DNA from: Bacteroidota bacterium
GTDB taxonomy: Bacteria > Bacteroidota > Bacteroidia > AKYH767-A > OLB10
Direction of reading: 5' to 3'
DNA length: 64,000 nucleotides
Assembly (NCBI GenBank): GCA_029547265.1
Contig: JAKPPP010000332.1
Location: forward strand, 2,090 to 66,089
A model generated the notes under the pieces. It made no database searches. It was given only the letters and a program-made list of their open reading frames with translations, and was not told the origin of the DNA. Numbering within the stretch: the stretch's first letter is position 1; every line of letters starts with the position of its first letter. The position numbers and the translations under genes are program-made. Below are positions 1 to 8,010 of the stretch, in pieces.

Positions 1-468
1 TAAATCTTTTAACTCATCGGGTTTTGAAATGTAATTCACATAAACTGTGTATTCTTCATTGTTTTTATAAGCCCTGCCAAGTTTTATATTTAAGCTGTCG
101 TGATCATAAGAATAAGCCGCATCAATACTATCTTTCCCATTAATCAATTTCACGGCTTTAATTTCCATGCCTCGTGCATCGAGCCAAACATCTTCAACAG
201 GATGAAAATGTGGTTTTAAGCGAATAGTAGCCTTGCCGTACAAATATTTTTTATCCCAATTGAAACTTACGTCAAGCTTTGTGTGAACCAAGTCTGAAAG
301 TTTGGTAATACTGCCTCTATAAGTTTTATTGACTTCAAGTTCAGGAGAGACTTCTATTTCAGGAAGCGACTGTACTATTGTTTCTACTACTGGTTTCTTG
401 GTTGGTTTGCAAGAAGATAAACAAGCAGCAGAAAATAGTATGGCTGTGATATATCGAATTCCGGACAT
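1..468 (-). CDS. M1-family aminopeptidase (aminopeptidase N-like), N-terminal fragment; gene continues beyond window edge
   Basis: Absent from the ORF track because it is open at position 1. Hand translation of the minus strand from the ATG at 468-466 gives MSGIRYITAILFSAACLSSCKPTKKP, a lipoprotein-type signal. It continues ...LVHTKLDVSFNWDKKYLYGKATIRLKPHFHPVEDVWLDARGMEIKAV..., which resembles the N-terminal beta domain of Bacteroidota M1 aminopeptidases. There are 156 codons with no stop. Confidence 0.55.
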   Translation of the reverse strand, partial: MSGIRYITAILFSAACLSSCKPTKKPVVETIVQSLPEIEVSPELEVNKTYRGSITKLSDLVHTKLDVSFNWDKKYLYGKATIRLKPHFHPVEDVWLDARGMEIKAVKLINGKDSIDAAYSYDHDSLNIKLGRAYKNNEEYTVYVNYISKPDELKDL

Positions 469-561
469 ATTGGATTTTTTTTTCAAAAATAAAATTTAAT
501 AAACAGTATTCAGCATTTATTCGATAAGTATAGGCATTTATTCGACCTACGTATCGATTAT

Positions 562-594
562 AAAGAAAAAGGCCCCCTAATAAAGGGAGCCTTT
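562..594 (-). terminator. Rho-independent terminator downstream of the TonB-like gene
   Basis: Minus-strand hairpin GGCTCCCT-TTATT-AGGGGGCC (plus 571-591, one G-U pair) followed by a T-run (plus-strand A-run 566-570). It lies about 20 nt after the stop at 613. Confidence 0.6.
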
Positions 595-612
595 GTTATT
601 CTGCAATAACTT

Positions 613-1419
613 TTACCTTAAACTAAACTTCACAGGTAAAATGTATTGCACTCGCACTGCGTTGCCGTTCATTAGGCCCGGCGACCAATGCGGCATCGAT
701 TTTACAACTCGCATCGCTTCTTCTTCACAACCTGAGCCAATTCCTCGCTTAGTTTCAATATCAGTGATTTCTCCGTTTTTATTGACTACAAAAGTGATAT
801 AAACCGTTCCTTGTACATTCGATTCTTTGGCTAATTCAGGATAGCGAATATGAGACGAGATATATTGCATCATTTCAGCTTCTCCTCCCGGAAACGCCGG
901 CATTACCTCAACCCAACCTGAGTGAATATTATTGTCGGGTCCCGTTTTTGGATCGGGGTCAATGTGTGGATCAGTGATCGTAGTGTCGCCTTTAGTGGTT
1001 TTTGTCCCGGTATTCACTTTTGAGAGATCATCTTGTGTAAGCGTTGTATCGGTAGTTTGATGGTTTACCACTATAGGAACAACATCACGTTGAGTAGGGG
1101 TGTTAGGATCTTTAGCAGGAGGTTCTTCTTTTTTTACTTCCTCCGGTTTTATGATTTTGTCGGGTTCGATGAGGTCAACAACAATGCTTTTTTCGGGAGC
1201 AGTTAGCAGCATTTCTGCAGGGAATAAATAGCCTTTAACGCTGGGTGAAATAGCAAGTGAAAAGCCAACCAAACAGGTTATGAAAAATGCTTTAAGTATT
1301 GTCTTGTCGTAATTTCTTCTCAGAGTATAAGCTCCATATTCACGGTTGCGTTGAGCGAAAACAAGCTCGAGGCGGTTCTGAGATACCGGGTTCTCCCAAT
1401 TTTCAAATAATGTTCTCAT
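613..1419 (-). CDS. Energy transducer TonB-family protein
   Basis: N-terminal anchor helix (ILKAFFITCLVGFSLAI), a Pro/Glu/Lys-rich spacer (KPEEVKKEEPPAKDPNTP) and a C-terminal TonB domain (MPAFPGGEAEMMQYISSHIRYPELAKESNVQGTVYITFVVNKNGEITDIE...PGLMNGNAVRVQYILPVKF). Confidence 0.85.
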   Translation of the reverse strand: MRTLFENWENPVSQNRLELVFAQRNREYGAYTLRRNYDKTILKAFFITCLVGFSLAISPSVKGYLFPAEMLLTAPEKSIVVDLIEPDKIIKPEEVKKEEPPAKDPNTPTQRDVVPIVVNHQTTDTTLTQDDLSKVNTGTKTTKGDTTITDPHIDPDPKTGPDNNIHSGWVEVMPAFPGGEAEMMQYISSHIRYPELAKESNVQGTVYITFVVNKNGEITDIETKRGIGSGCEEEAMRVVKSMPHWSPGLMNGNAVRVQYILPVKFSLR

Positions 1420-1592
1420 ATCGTTAAGATTATAGGTTATTATACCTCAACGATGCAAAGAGGGGCAATATTCCATAAAGAAGTCAGTAATTTGTCATAA
1501 ATGATTGTTTATGCGGCAGTAACAATACGGTAAAAAGGATTTTTTCCCCCTCATCGATAGTTTTCTTAACTTTGGCCATCAAATAAAAAGAT

Positions 1593-2051
1593 ATGTATAT
1601 AGGCTTACTTCACTTTCACTCTTTAGTACGATGGATTCTGTTACTACTAATGGTAGTTTCGGTTGTTAAAGCATTTGGCGGACAAAAAAGCGGTATTGCA
1701 TATACCGATAGCGATCGCAAGAGAACTATGTTCACGATGATATTCGGACATATTCAATTGGTGATGGGTTTAGTATTGTATATGGTTAGTCCTGCAGTGC
1801 AAGCAGCCACTGCCGATATGGGTGCGGCTATGAAAGATCCAATTCTTCGCTTCTGGGCTGTAGAACACGTAATGATGATGGTAATAGCAATTGTGCTTTT
1901 AACTATCGGAAATATAAAATCAAAGAAAGCATCAACCGATGCTGCAAAATTCAAAACAGTTGCAATCTGGTACGGAATTGCATTGGTACTTGTTCTGGTA
2001 ACAATACCTTGGCCGTTCAGAGCTGTTGGTGCAGGTCGCGGTTGGTTTTAA
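1593..2051 (+). CDS. Small integral membrane protein (4 predicted TM helices), function unknown
   Basis: 152-aa ORF with hydrophobic segments. The N-terminal LLHFHSLVRW motif is seen in conserved Bacteroidota membrane proteins. Confidence 0.55.
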   Translation: MYIGLLHFHSLVRWILLLLMVVSVVKAFGGQKSGIAYTDSDRKRTMFTMIFGHIQLVMGLVLYMVSPAVQAATADMGAAMKDPILRFWAVEHVMMMVIAIVLLTIGNIKSKKASTDAAKFKTVAIWYGIALVLVLVTIPWPFRAVGAGRGWF

Positions 2052-2087
2052 TTTTAAATAATGATGAATAGGGGAATGATACTTTAG

Positions 2088-3347
2088 GTGCCTTCCCGTG
2101 TTCATAAAAACCAAAAGAATAATTTGCCTCATACTCCATTAACTGTAGGACAAGTTCCCGAAAGAGTAGTGTTAATCGGTCTAATCACTCGCACGCAGAG
2201 TGCCGATCAAGTACAGGAATACCTCGATGAATTAGCTTTTTTATCGGAAACTGCAGGAGCCGAAACGGTTCGAATTTTTACGCAGAAGCTGGATCATGCT
2301 GATTCAAGAACATTTGTTGGGAAAGGAAAGCTCGAAGAAATTATTGAGTTTAATAAAGCCAATCAAATTCAAATTGCAATATTCGACGATGAGTTAACTC
2401 CGTCGCAACTTCGTAACCTCGAAAAAATAATGGGCTGTCGTGTGCTCGACAGAACCAATTTGATTCTCGATATTTTTGCGAAGCGCGCGCGTACCGCTCA
2501 AGCTAAAACTCAAGTTGAATTAGCGCAGTACAAATATCTTTTACCACGACTTACCAAAATGTGGACCCACCTTGAGAAACAACGTGGAGGTATCGGTATG
2601 AGAGGTCCCGGTGAATCGGAAATTGAAACCGATCGTCGTGTGATTCGTGATAAGCTAAGTAGGCTTCGTGTGAGATTACAAGAGATCGATAAGCAAAATT
2701 CAACACAAAGAAAGAAGAGAGGAGAAATGATTCGTGTGGCATTGGTAGGATATACTAATGTGGGTAAGAGTACTATCATGAATGTGTTGAGTAAGAGTGA
2801 AGTTTTTGCAGAGAATAAATTGTTTGCGACATTAGATACTACTGTAAGAAAAATAGTGTGGGAGAATATTCCGTTTTTACTTTCAGATACCGTAGGATTC
2901 ATTCGTAAGTTACCGCATGATTTAGTTGAATCGTTTAAGTCGACACTCGATGAAGTGCGTGAAGCAGATATTTTAGTGCATGTGGTTGATATATCACATA
3001 AAAATTTCGAAGAGCATATTCGCGTAGTGAATGAAACACTAGCTGAAATCGGCGCTATCGATAAGCCGATCTTAATGGTATTTAATAAAATTGATGCCTA
3101 TAAGTATGTCGAGAAAGAAGAAGATGATTTAACTCCTTCAACTCGAGAAAATATTTCGTTGGAAGAAATGAAAACGCATTGGATAGCTAAGAATAATTAC
3201 ACTTCTGTTTTTATCTCTGCTATCAACAAGAAAAATATTGATGAGTTACGTGCTGCATTGTCGGGATTAATTAAACAAATTTATTTTGTGCGCTACCCGA
3301 ATAATCAGAACTATATTCAAGATACTTACGATTTCGAAGAACAATAA
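2088..3347 (+). CDS. hflX: GTPase HflX
   Basis: HflX N-domain (ERVVLIGL...EYLDELAFLSETAGAE...GKGKLEEI), linker helix (QVELAQYKYLLPRLT...GGIGMRGPGESEIETDRR) and G-domain motifs (GYTNVGKST, DTVGF, NKID). The track start is GTG at 2088; an in-frame TTG at about 2124 is an alternative. Confidence 0.9.
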   Translation: MPSRVHKNQKNNLPHTPLTVGQVPERVVLIGLITRTQSADQVQEYLDELAFLSETAGAETVRIFTQKLDHADSRTFVGKGKLEEIIEFNKANQIQIAIFDDELTPSQLRNLEKIMGCRVLDRTNLILDIFAKRARTAQAKTQVELAQYKYLLPRLTKMWTHLEKQRGGIGMRGPGESEIETDRRVIRDKLSRLRVRLQEIDKQNSTQRKKRGEMIRVALVGYTNVGKSTIMNVLSKSEVFAENKLFATLDTTVRKIVWENIPFLLSDTVGFIRKLPHDLVESFKSTLDEVREADILVHVVDISHKNFEEHIRVVNETLAEIGAIDKPILMVFNKIDAYKYVEKEEDDLTPSTRENISLEEMKTHWIAKNNYTSVFISAINKKNIDELRAALSGLIKQIYFVRYPNNQNYIQDTYDFEEQ

Positions 3348-3413
3348 ACGATTGTAATTATTTGTGGTCGCTTAATTGCTTTTAAGTGATGTAGGTTTGC
3401 GCAAAATCTAATC

Positions 3414-4121
3414 ATGAAGGCAGTTGATTTTATTCGGCAGGTATTACAAGACACGATTTCTATTTTATATCCTTCATTATGTGCGGCCTGCGATGAATTA
3501 TTGTTGCAAGGAGAAGATGTCATTTGCACGCATTGCATGGTTAATTTACCACGCACTTATTTTCATCAAATGCCCGATAACCCTGTGGCAAAGCAGTTCT
3601 GGGGGAAAGTTCGCCTTGAAGGAGCTACTGCCTTGTTTCATTTTCATAAAGGAGAGAAAGTACAAACGTTGATGCACCGATTGAAATACAATAATCGTCC
3701 TGAAATAGGGAATAAGTTAGGAGCGGTATGCGCAACTGAAATCATGAAATCAGAATCCTTTAATCAAGTAGATTATATTATTCCCATTCCGCTTCATAAA
3801 AAGAAGCAAAAAATCAGAGGCTATAACCAAGCATATTGCTTTGCACAAGGCATGGCCGATATTTATGGTAAAGAAGTATTGAAAGACGGACTTAGGCGCA
3901 TTAAGTTTACCGATACTCAAACCCGAAAAAACAGGTTCGACCGACATAAAAACGTGAAAATGGTGTTTCGGGTCACTAAGCCCGACCGATTTATAGGTAA
4001 AAAAGTAATGATTGTTGACGATGTGTTAACTACCGGGTCGACATTAGCAGCCTGTATTCAGCTTTTTAACGCGATTGAAGGCACAAAAGTAACCGTAGCT
4101 ACAATTGCCTATGCAGAGTAA
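3414..4121 (+). CDS. comF: ComF-family protein (amidophosphoribosyltransferase-like)
   Basis: N-terminal Cys pairs (CAAC...CTHC) and a C-terminal PRTase motif (VMIVDDVLTTGSTL). Confidence 0.8.
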   Translation: MKAVDFIRQVLQDTISILYPSLCAACDELLLQGEDVICTHCMVNLPRTYFHQMPDNPVAKQFWGKVRLEGATALFHFHKGEKVQTLMHRLKYNNRPEIGNKLGAVCATEIMKSESFNQVDYIIPIPLHKKKQKIRGYNQAYCFAQGMADIYGKEVLKDGLRRIKFTDTQTRKNRFDRHKNVKMVFRVTKPDRFIGKKVMIVDDVLTTGSTLAACIQLFNAIEGTKVTVATIAYAE

Positions 4122-4151
4122 AAATTGATGGTTATCTTTGCCGTGAAAATT

Positions 4152-4652
4152 ATGGCAGAAAACCTCATAAAAGCGGCAGCAGACGCTAGCAAAGAAGATC
4201 GGTACCAAGTGATGATTCCGCAAATTAAAGCGTTGGTGGAGGGGGAAACCGATTTAATTGCCAATATTTCTAATGTGATGGCTGTCCTAAAAGAGACAAT
4301 GAATTTCTTTTGGGTTGGGGTTTACTTTGTAAAAGCTGAAGAGCTGGTTTTGGGACCTTTTCAAGGTCCGCTGGCTTGTACTCGCATCGGTTACGGCAAA
4401 GGTGTATGCGGTAAAGCATGGCAAGAAGGAAGAGTGATTATTGTTCCTGATGTGGAGCAGTTCCCCGGACATATTGCTTGCAGCTCATTGTCGAAGTCTG
4501 AAATTGTATTGCCTGTAATTATTAACGATCGAGTAAGAATGATACTTGATGTTGATAGTGATCAGCTCAACGACTTTGATGCAATAGATGCAAAATATCT
4601 TTCAGAGGTTACGGCAATTATTAGTGATGTTTTTAAAGCAACGATGATATGA
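4152..4652 (+). CDS. GAF domain protein (free methionine-R-sulfoxide reductase-like, YebR/MsrC family)
   Basis: WVGVYFV...LVLGPFQGPLACTRIGYGKGVCGKAW...VIIVPDVEQFPGHIACSSLSKSEIVLPV is the typical fRMsr GAF signature. ATG 4152 (MAENLIK) is preferred over the upstream TTG 4125. Confidence 0.75.
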   Translation: MAENLIKAAADASKEDRYQVMIPQIKALVEGETDLIANISNVMAVLKETMNFFWVGVYFVKAEELVLGPFQGPLACTRIGYGKGVCGKAWQEGRVIIVPDVEQFPGHIACSSLSKSEIVLPVIINDRVRMILDVDSDQLNDFDAIDAKYLSEVTAIISDVFKATMI

Positions 4653-6253
4653 AAAAATTATTGATGCTTATTTTGAGTGTTCTATTTATTGCATCTTGTG
4701 CCAATAAAGTTACACCTACCGGAGGAGAGAAAGATATTAAACCTCCAGTGGTGAAAGAGTCGGAACCGATAAATCCTGCAATCGATTTTCATGGACGAGA
4801 AATTAAATTGAAGTTTGATGAGTATGTGCAGTTGACTGATTTAAACGGACAGCTATTAATATCACCGTTAATGCCATCAACTCCCGATATTAAAGCATTG
4901 AAAAAGGAAATTCTTATAAAACTTCCTGATTCATTAAGAGAGAATACAACGTATACTATTAATTTTGGAAAGGCGATATCCGATATTCACGAGAGTAATG
5001 CAATTGAGAACTATAAATTTATTTTCTCTACCGGACCAATTATTGATTCTTTATTCATTCAAGGTACAGTTCGAAATGCAAAAAACAACGAGACCTTGAA
5101 AGGAGTATCGGTAATGATGTACCGAAAAGAAGGTGTAGAGAATGCGGATTCACTTGTGTTCGTAAAACGCCCTGATTACTTCTCTAAAACTGACGATAAA
5201 GGAGCATATACTATTTCCAATGTTTCGGGAGGAGAATATTATGTATTTGCATTTGAAGATAAGAACAATAATTACAAATGCGAAGAAGATGAATTGCTCG
5301 GTTTTATTGATCGTATAGTTAAGCTGCCCGGAGAATCGACCGTCGATTTTAAATGTTCTTTGCAAGAGCTACCTGTTGTGAGAGTAGCAAAGGTTTCCAA
5401 GAAAGATCGTTATTATTTCTCTGTGGGATTAAACAAGCCTGATTCTACTGTGAAAGTAGAAGAGTTAAATGGAGTAGATAAAAGTAAAATCATTCAAGAG
5501 TGGAATGCTAATCATGATACCTTAATGGTATTTACGAATGATACTTTGCAAGAAGCAATTAAGTTAAGGATTTTCGACGGTAAAACGTTAAGTGATACTG
5601 TAGATGTGAAAATGATATCCGGAACATCGAAGAAAAAAGAACAAGAGAAGCTGAATTTGTTTGTTTATCAAACGCCTGAATCATCTGATACAAGTGTGAG
5701 TATGATGCTTAAAAGTGAACATCCGATAAAGTCAAGCAAAGGATTTGCCTATATTTATCGTGATACATTATTGGTAGATTCAGTTACTCCGGCAATAAAG
5801 AAGGGCGAATATCAAAGAGAATTCAATATTAATTATAAGTGGAAGAGAGGCGATCAGTATAGAGTGATGATTCCTTCCGGTGTATTTACCGATATCTATG
5901 GGTTAACGAATGATACGCTGAATAAATCTTTTACTATGACAACAGATCGATTGTCGGGGGTGTTGATTGTGAAAGTACGCGGATTATTTCCCGATAAAAA
6001 ATATCTGCTACAACTGACATCGGAAAAGTTAGACGTAATAAAGCAATTAGAAATTAAAGTCGACGGAGATTATAAATTCGAATATATCAATCCTTCAAGT
6101 TATAAAGTAAGGTTGGTTGACGATGCTGACCAAAATAAAGAGTGGACGCCGGGTAATATCCGCAAGAAGCAACAACCGGAGCGAATTGCTGTTACCGACA
6201 ATTTGCAAGTTCGTAAAAACTGGGAATTAGAAACTGAAATAACAATACAATAA
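4649..6253 (+). CDS. Ig-like (SbsA/Big_5-type) domain lipoprotein
   Basis: Lipobox LFIASC followed by TPTGGEKDIKPPVV...IDFHGREIKLKFDEYVQL, the conserved N-terminal Ig-like module of this Bacteroidota lipoprotein family. The start overlaps the upstream stop (ATGA). Confidence 0.65.
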   Translation: MKKLLMLILSVLFIASCANKVTPTGGEKDIKPPVVKESEPINPAIDFHGREIKLKFDEYVQLTDLNGQLLISPLMPSTPDIKALKKEILIKLPDSLRENTTYTINFGKAISDIHESNAIENYKFIFSTGPIIDSLFIQGTVRNAKNNETLKGVSVMMYRKEGVENADSLVFVKRPDYFSKTDDKGAYTISNVSGGEYYVFAFEDKNNNYKCEEDELLGFIDRIVKLPGESTVDFKCSLQELPVVRVAKVSKKDRYYFSVGLNKPDSTVKVEELNGVDKSKIIQEWNANHDTLMVFTNDTLQEAIKLRIFDGKTLSDTVDVKMISGTSKKKEQEKLNLFVYQTPESSDTSVSMMLKSEHPIKSSKGFAYIYRDTLLVDSVTPAIKKGEYQREFNINYKWKRGDQYRVMIPSGVFTDIYGLTNDTLNKSFTMTTDRLSGVLIVKVRGLFPDKKYLLQLTSEKLDVIKQLEIKVDGDYKFEYINPSSYKVRLVDDADQNKEWTPGNIRKKQQPERIAVTDNLQVRKNWELETEITIQ

Positions 6254-6257
6254 AGAT

Positions 6258-6686
6258 ATGGCTGATTCAAACGAGTTAATCAATTCATCGAAAGCGCCTG
6301 AGCCTGTAGGATTATATCCGCACGCGCGCAGAGTTGGAAATTTATTATTCTTATCAGGTGTTGGTCCTAGAGAAAAAGGAAGCAAAAAAATACCGGGAGT
6401 TGAATTAGATGAGAATGGAAATATTGTGTCATACGATATTGAAACGCAATGTCACTCTGTTTTCAGAAACATCCGCTATATTTTAGAAGATGCAGGAAGC
6501 AGCTGGGATAAGATTGTTGATGTAACGGTATTTTTAACCAATATGAAAGACGATTTTAAAACCTATAATCGTTTGTATGCCGAATATTTCAAAGACAATC
6601 AGCCTTGCAGAACTACTATTGAAATAAATTGTTTGCCGACACCTATTGCAATTGAATTAAAAGTGATTGCAACTATAGGAGATTAA
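6258..6686 (+). CDS. ridA: RidA-family (YjgF/L-PSP) enamine/imine deaminase
   Basis: APEPVGLYPHARRVGNLLFLSGVGPR...DVTVFLTNMKDDFKTYNRLYAEYF...PCRTTIEINCLPTPIAIELKVIA matches the RidA fold signature. Confidence 0.85.
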   Translation: MADSNELINSSKAPEPVGLYPHARRVGNLLFLSGVGPREKGSKKIPGVELDENGNIVSYDIETQCHSVFRNIRYILEDAGSSWDKIVDVTVFLTNMKDDFKTYNRLYAEYFKDNQPCRTTIEINCLPTPIAIELKVIATIGD

Positions 6687-8005
6687 GGATTAAAAACACG
6701 TGATGCGGGTAGTTCTCTTTCGAGGATTACTCGCATTTCATTTTTAAATAAATTGTCGTCACTGCTTTCCATTGCTCCTTTAATCAGTGAATGATTGTTT
6801 TTGTTTTCTGCCAATAGCAAACGAGCCGCACAGCAACGAACATATAATGGTTGAGAAAGGTTATTGAAAATGCGGTGAAGAGAATCTGAAATCGTTTTTG
6901 GAATAGGGGCAGGGTAGTCAATCATAAAATGCAATGCACAATACAATTGATAGCTGAATTCGATTCTATTTGAAACAAGAAAACTGGCTAACGATTTATC
7001 AATATTGATTTCGTTGTTTCTATAATGCATTAGGTAGCCTGTTATGGCCTCAGGGCGAGCCAGTAAGCGTTCCTCGCAATTGACCATTCCTAATGCTTCT
7101 TCTATTGAATAATAATATTTTGAAAGTCCTGCAGGCAATTCTTTGATTGTAGATTTAACTTTATCCTTGAATGTTTTTTTTCCGGCTAAAGCATTCTTAA
7201 TAGGTTGCGCCGACACAAACTTTGTTTTTTCTTCCTTCAAGTACATTCCGCGTTTCGATATGAAAGCTACTACTTCAAAGTATGCTTTTCGAGCATCTGA
7301 TTTTGAATGACAAAAGATTTCAATATTATCAATATAGCGAGCAAAAGAGTAGTTGCTATGTCGTAAAAAATTGTCGAAAGGGAATAAATAAAACTCAGCT
7401 AAGATATCACTAGCCCAAAATATTTGAGGTAATCCTCTGCCGGTTAAAGCAGCCCAAGCCGACATAGCTTTGCATAATGAAGTTGCGTAGTTAGCAGGTA
7501 CACCGCAATCAATCAATTCTTTCTCTAAAATTTTGTGGTCAACACTCGTGTAGAAATTGGTGATGTCGGATTGAAACACAAACTGATGTTCCGGCTTTAA
7601 ACTTTGATAAACATATTCAAGTTCTTCTAAGTTGTTTCGGAATAACTTCTTTTTCCAATTAATATCTACGGGATACTCTTCTAATACACTTTGAGGTGAA
7701 GCAATTTCCGGTTTGATCTTTTTTATAATGAATGGGAAACATTTAATTGTTAACCAACAAAAGTATAACTGATCTTTTATGTCAAGCACAGAATAGTAGC
7801 GAAACATTCCACGCTCTTTCGGTACTTCAATTAATCGGCAAGGTTGAATTGAGTAAGAACCGTTTTCGAATGATTGTTCAAGTTCATCTAAGAATGTAAG
7901 ATCGCTATGATACAACACTTCCAAGTCAGATGGAAGTTCGATCATATAGCAATCACGTTCTCTGAATGCTTTAATAATAGATACGGCTAATTGAATATCC
8001 CGCAT
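6683..8005 (-). CDS. Reverse transcriptase, orphan UG/Abi-like type, with non-canonical motif C (YIDN) and an alpha-helical repeat C-terminal domain
   Basis: RT motifs were read by eye. Motif 1-2 is IEVPKERGMFRYYSVLDIKDQLYFCWL. Motif A is FVFQSDITNFYTSVDH (D147, nt 7565-7567). Motif B is GRGLPQIFWASDILAEFYL (GRGLPQ at nt 7424-7441). Motif C is FARYIDNIEIF (YIDN at nt 7325-7336, verified codon by codon). Motif D/E is GMYLKEEKTKFV. The C-terminal ~170 aa is helical and HEAT-like (...LYVRCCAARLLLAENKNN...). Confidence 0.8.
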   Translation of the reverse strand: MRDIQLAVSIIKAFRERDCYMIELPSDLEVLYHSDLTFLDELEQSFENGSYSIQPCRLIEVPKERGMFRYYSVLDIKDQLYFCWLTIKCFPFIIKKIKPEIASPQSVLEEYPVDINWKKKLFRNNLEELEYVYQSLKPEHQFVFQSDITNFYTSVDHKILEKELIDCGVPANYATSLCKAMSAWAALTGRGLPQIFWASDILAEFYLFPFDNFLRHSNYSFARYIDNIEIFCHSKSDARKAYFEVVAFISKRGMYLKEEKTKFVSAQPIKNALAGKKTFKDKVKSTIKELPAGLSKYYYSIEEALGMVNCEERLLARPEAITGYLMHYRNNEINIDKSLASFLVSNRIEFSYQLYCALHFMIDYPAPIPKTISDSLHRIFNNLSQPLYVRCCAARLLLAENKNNHSLIKGAMESSDDNLFKNEMRVILERELPASRVFNP

Positions 8006-8010
8006 AAAAA

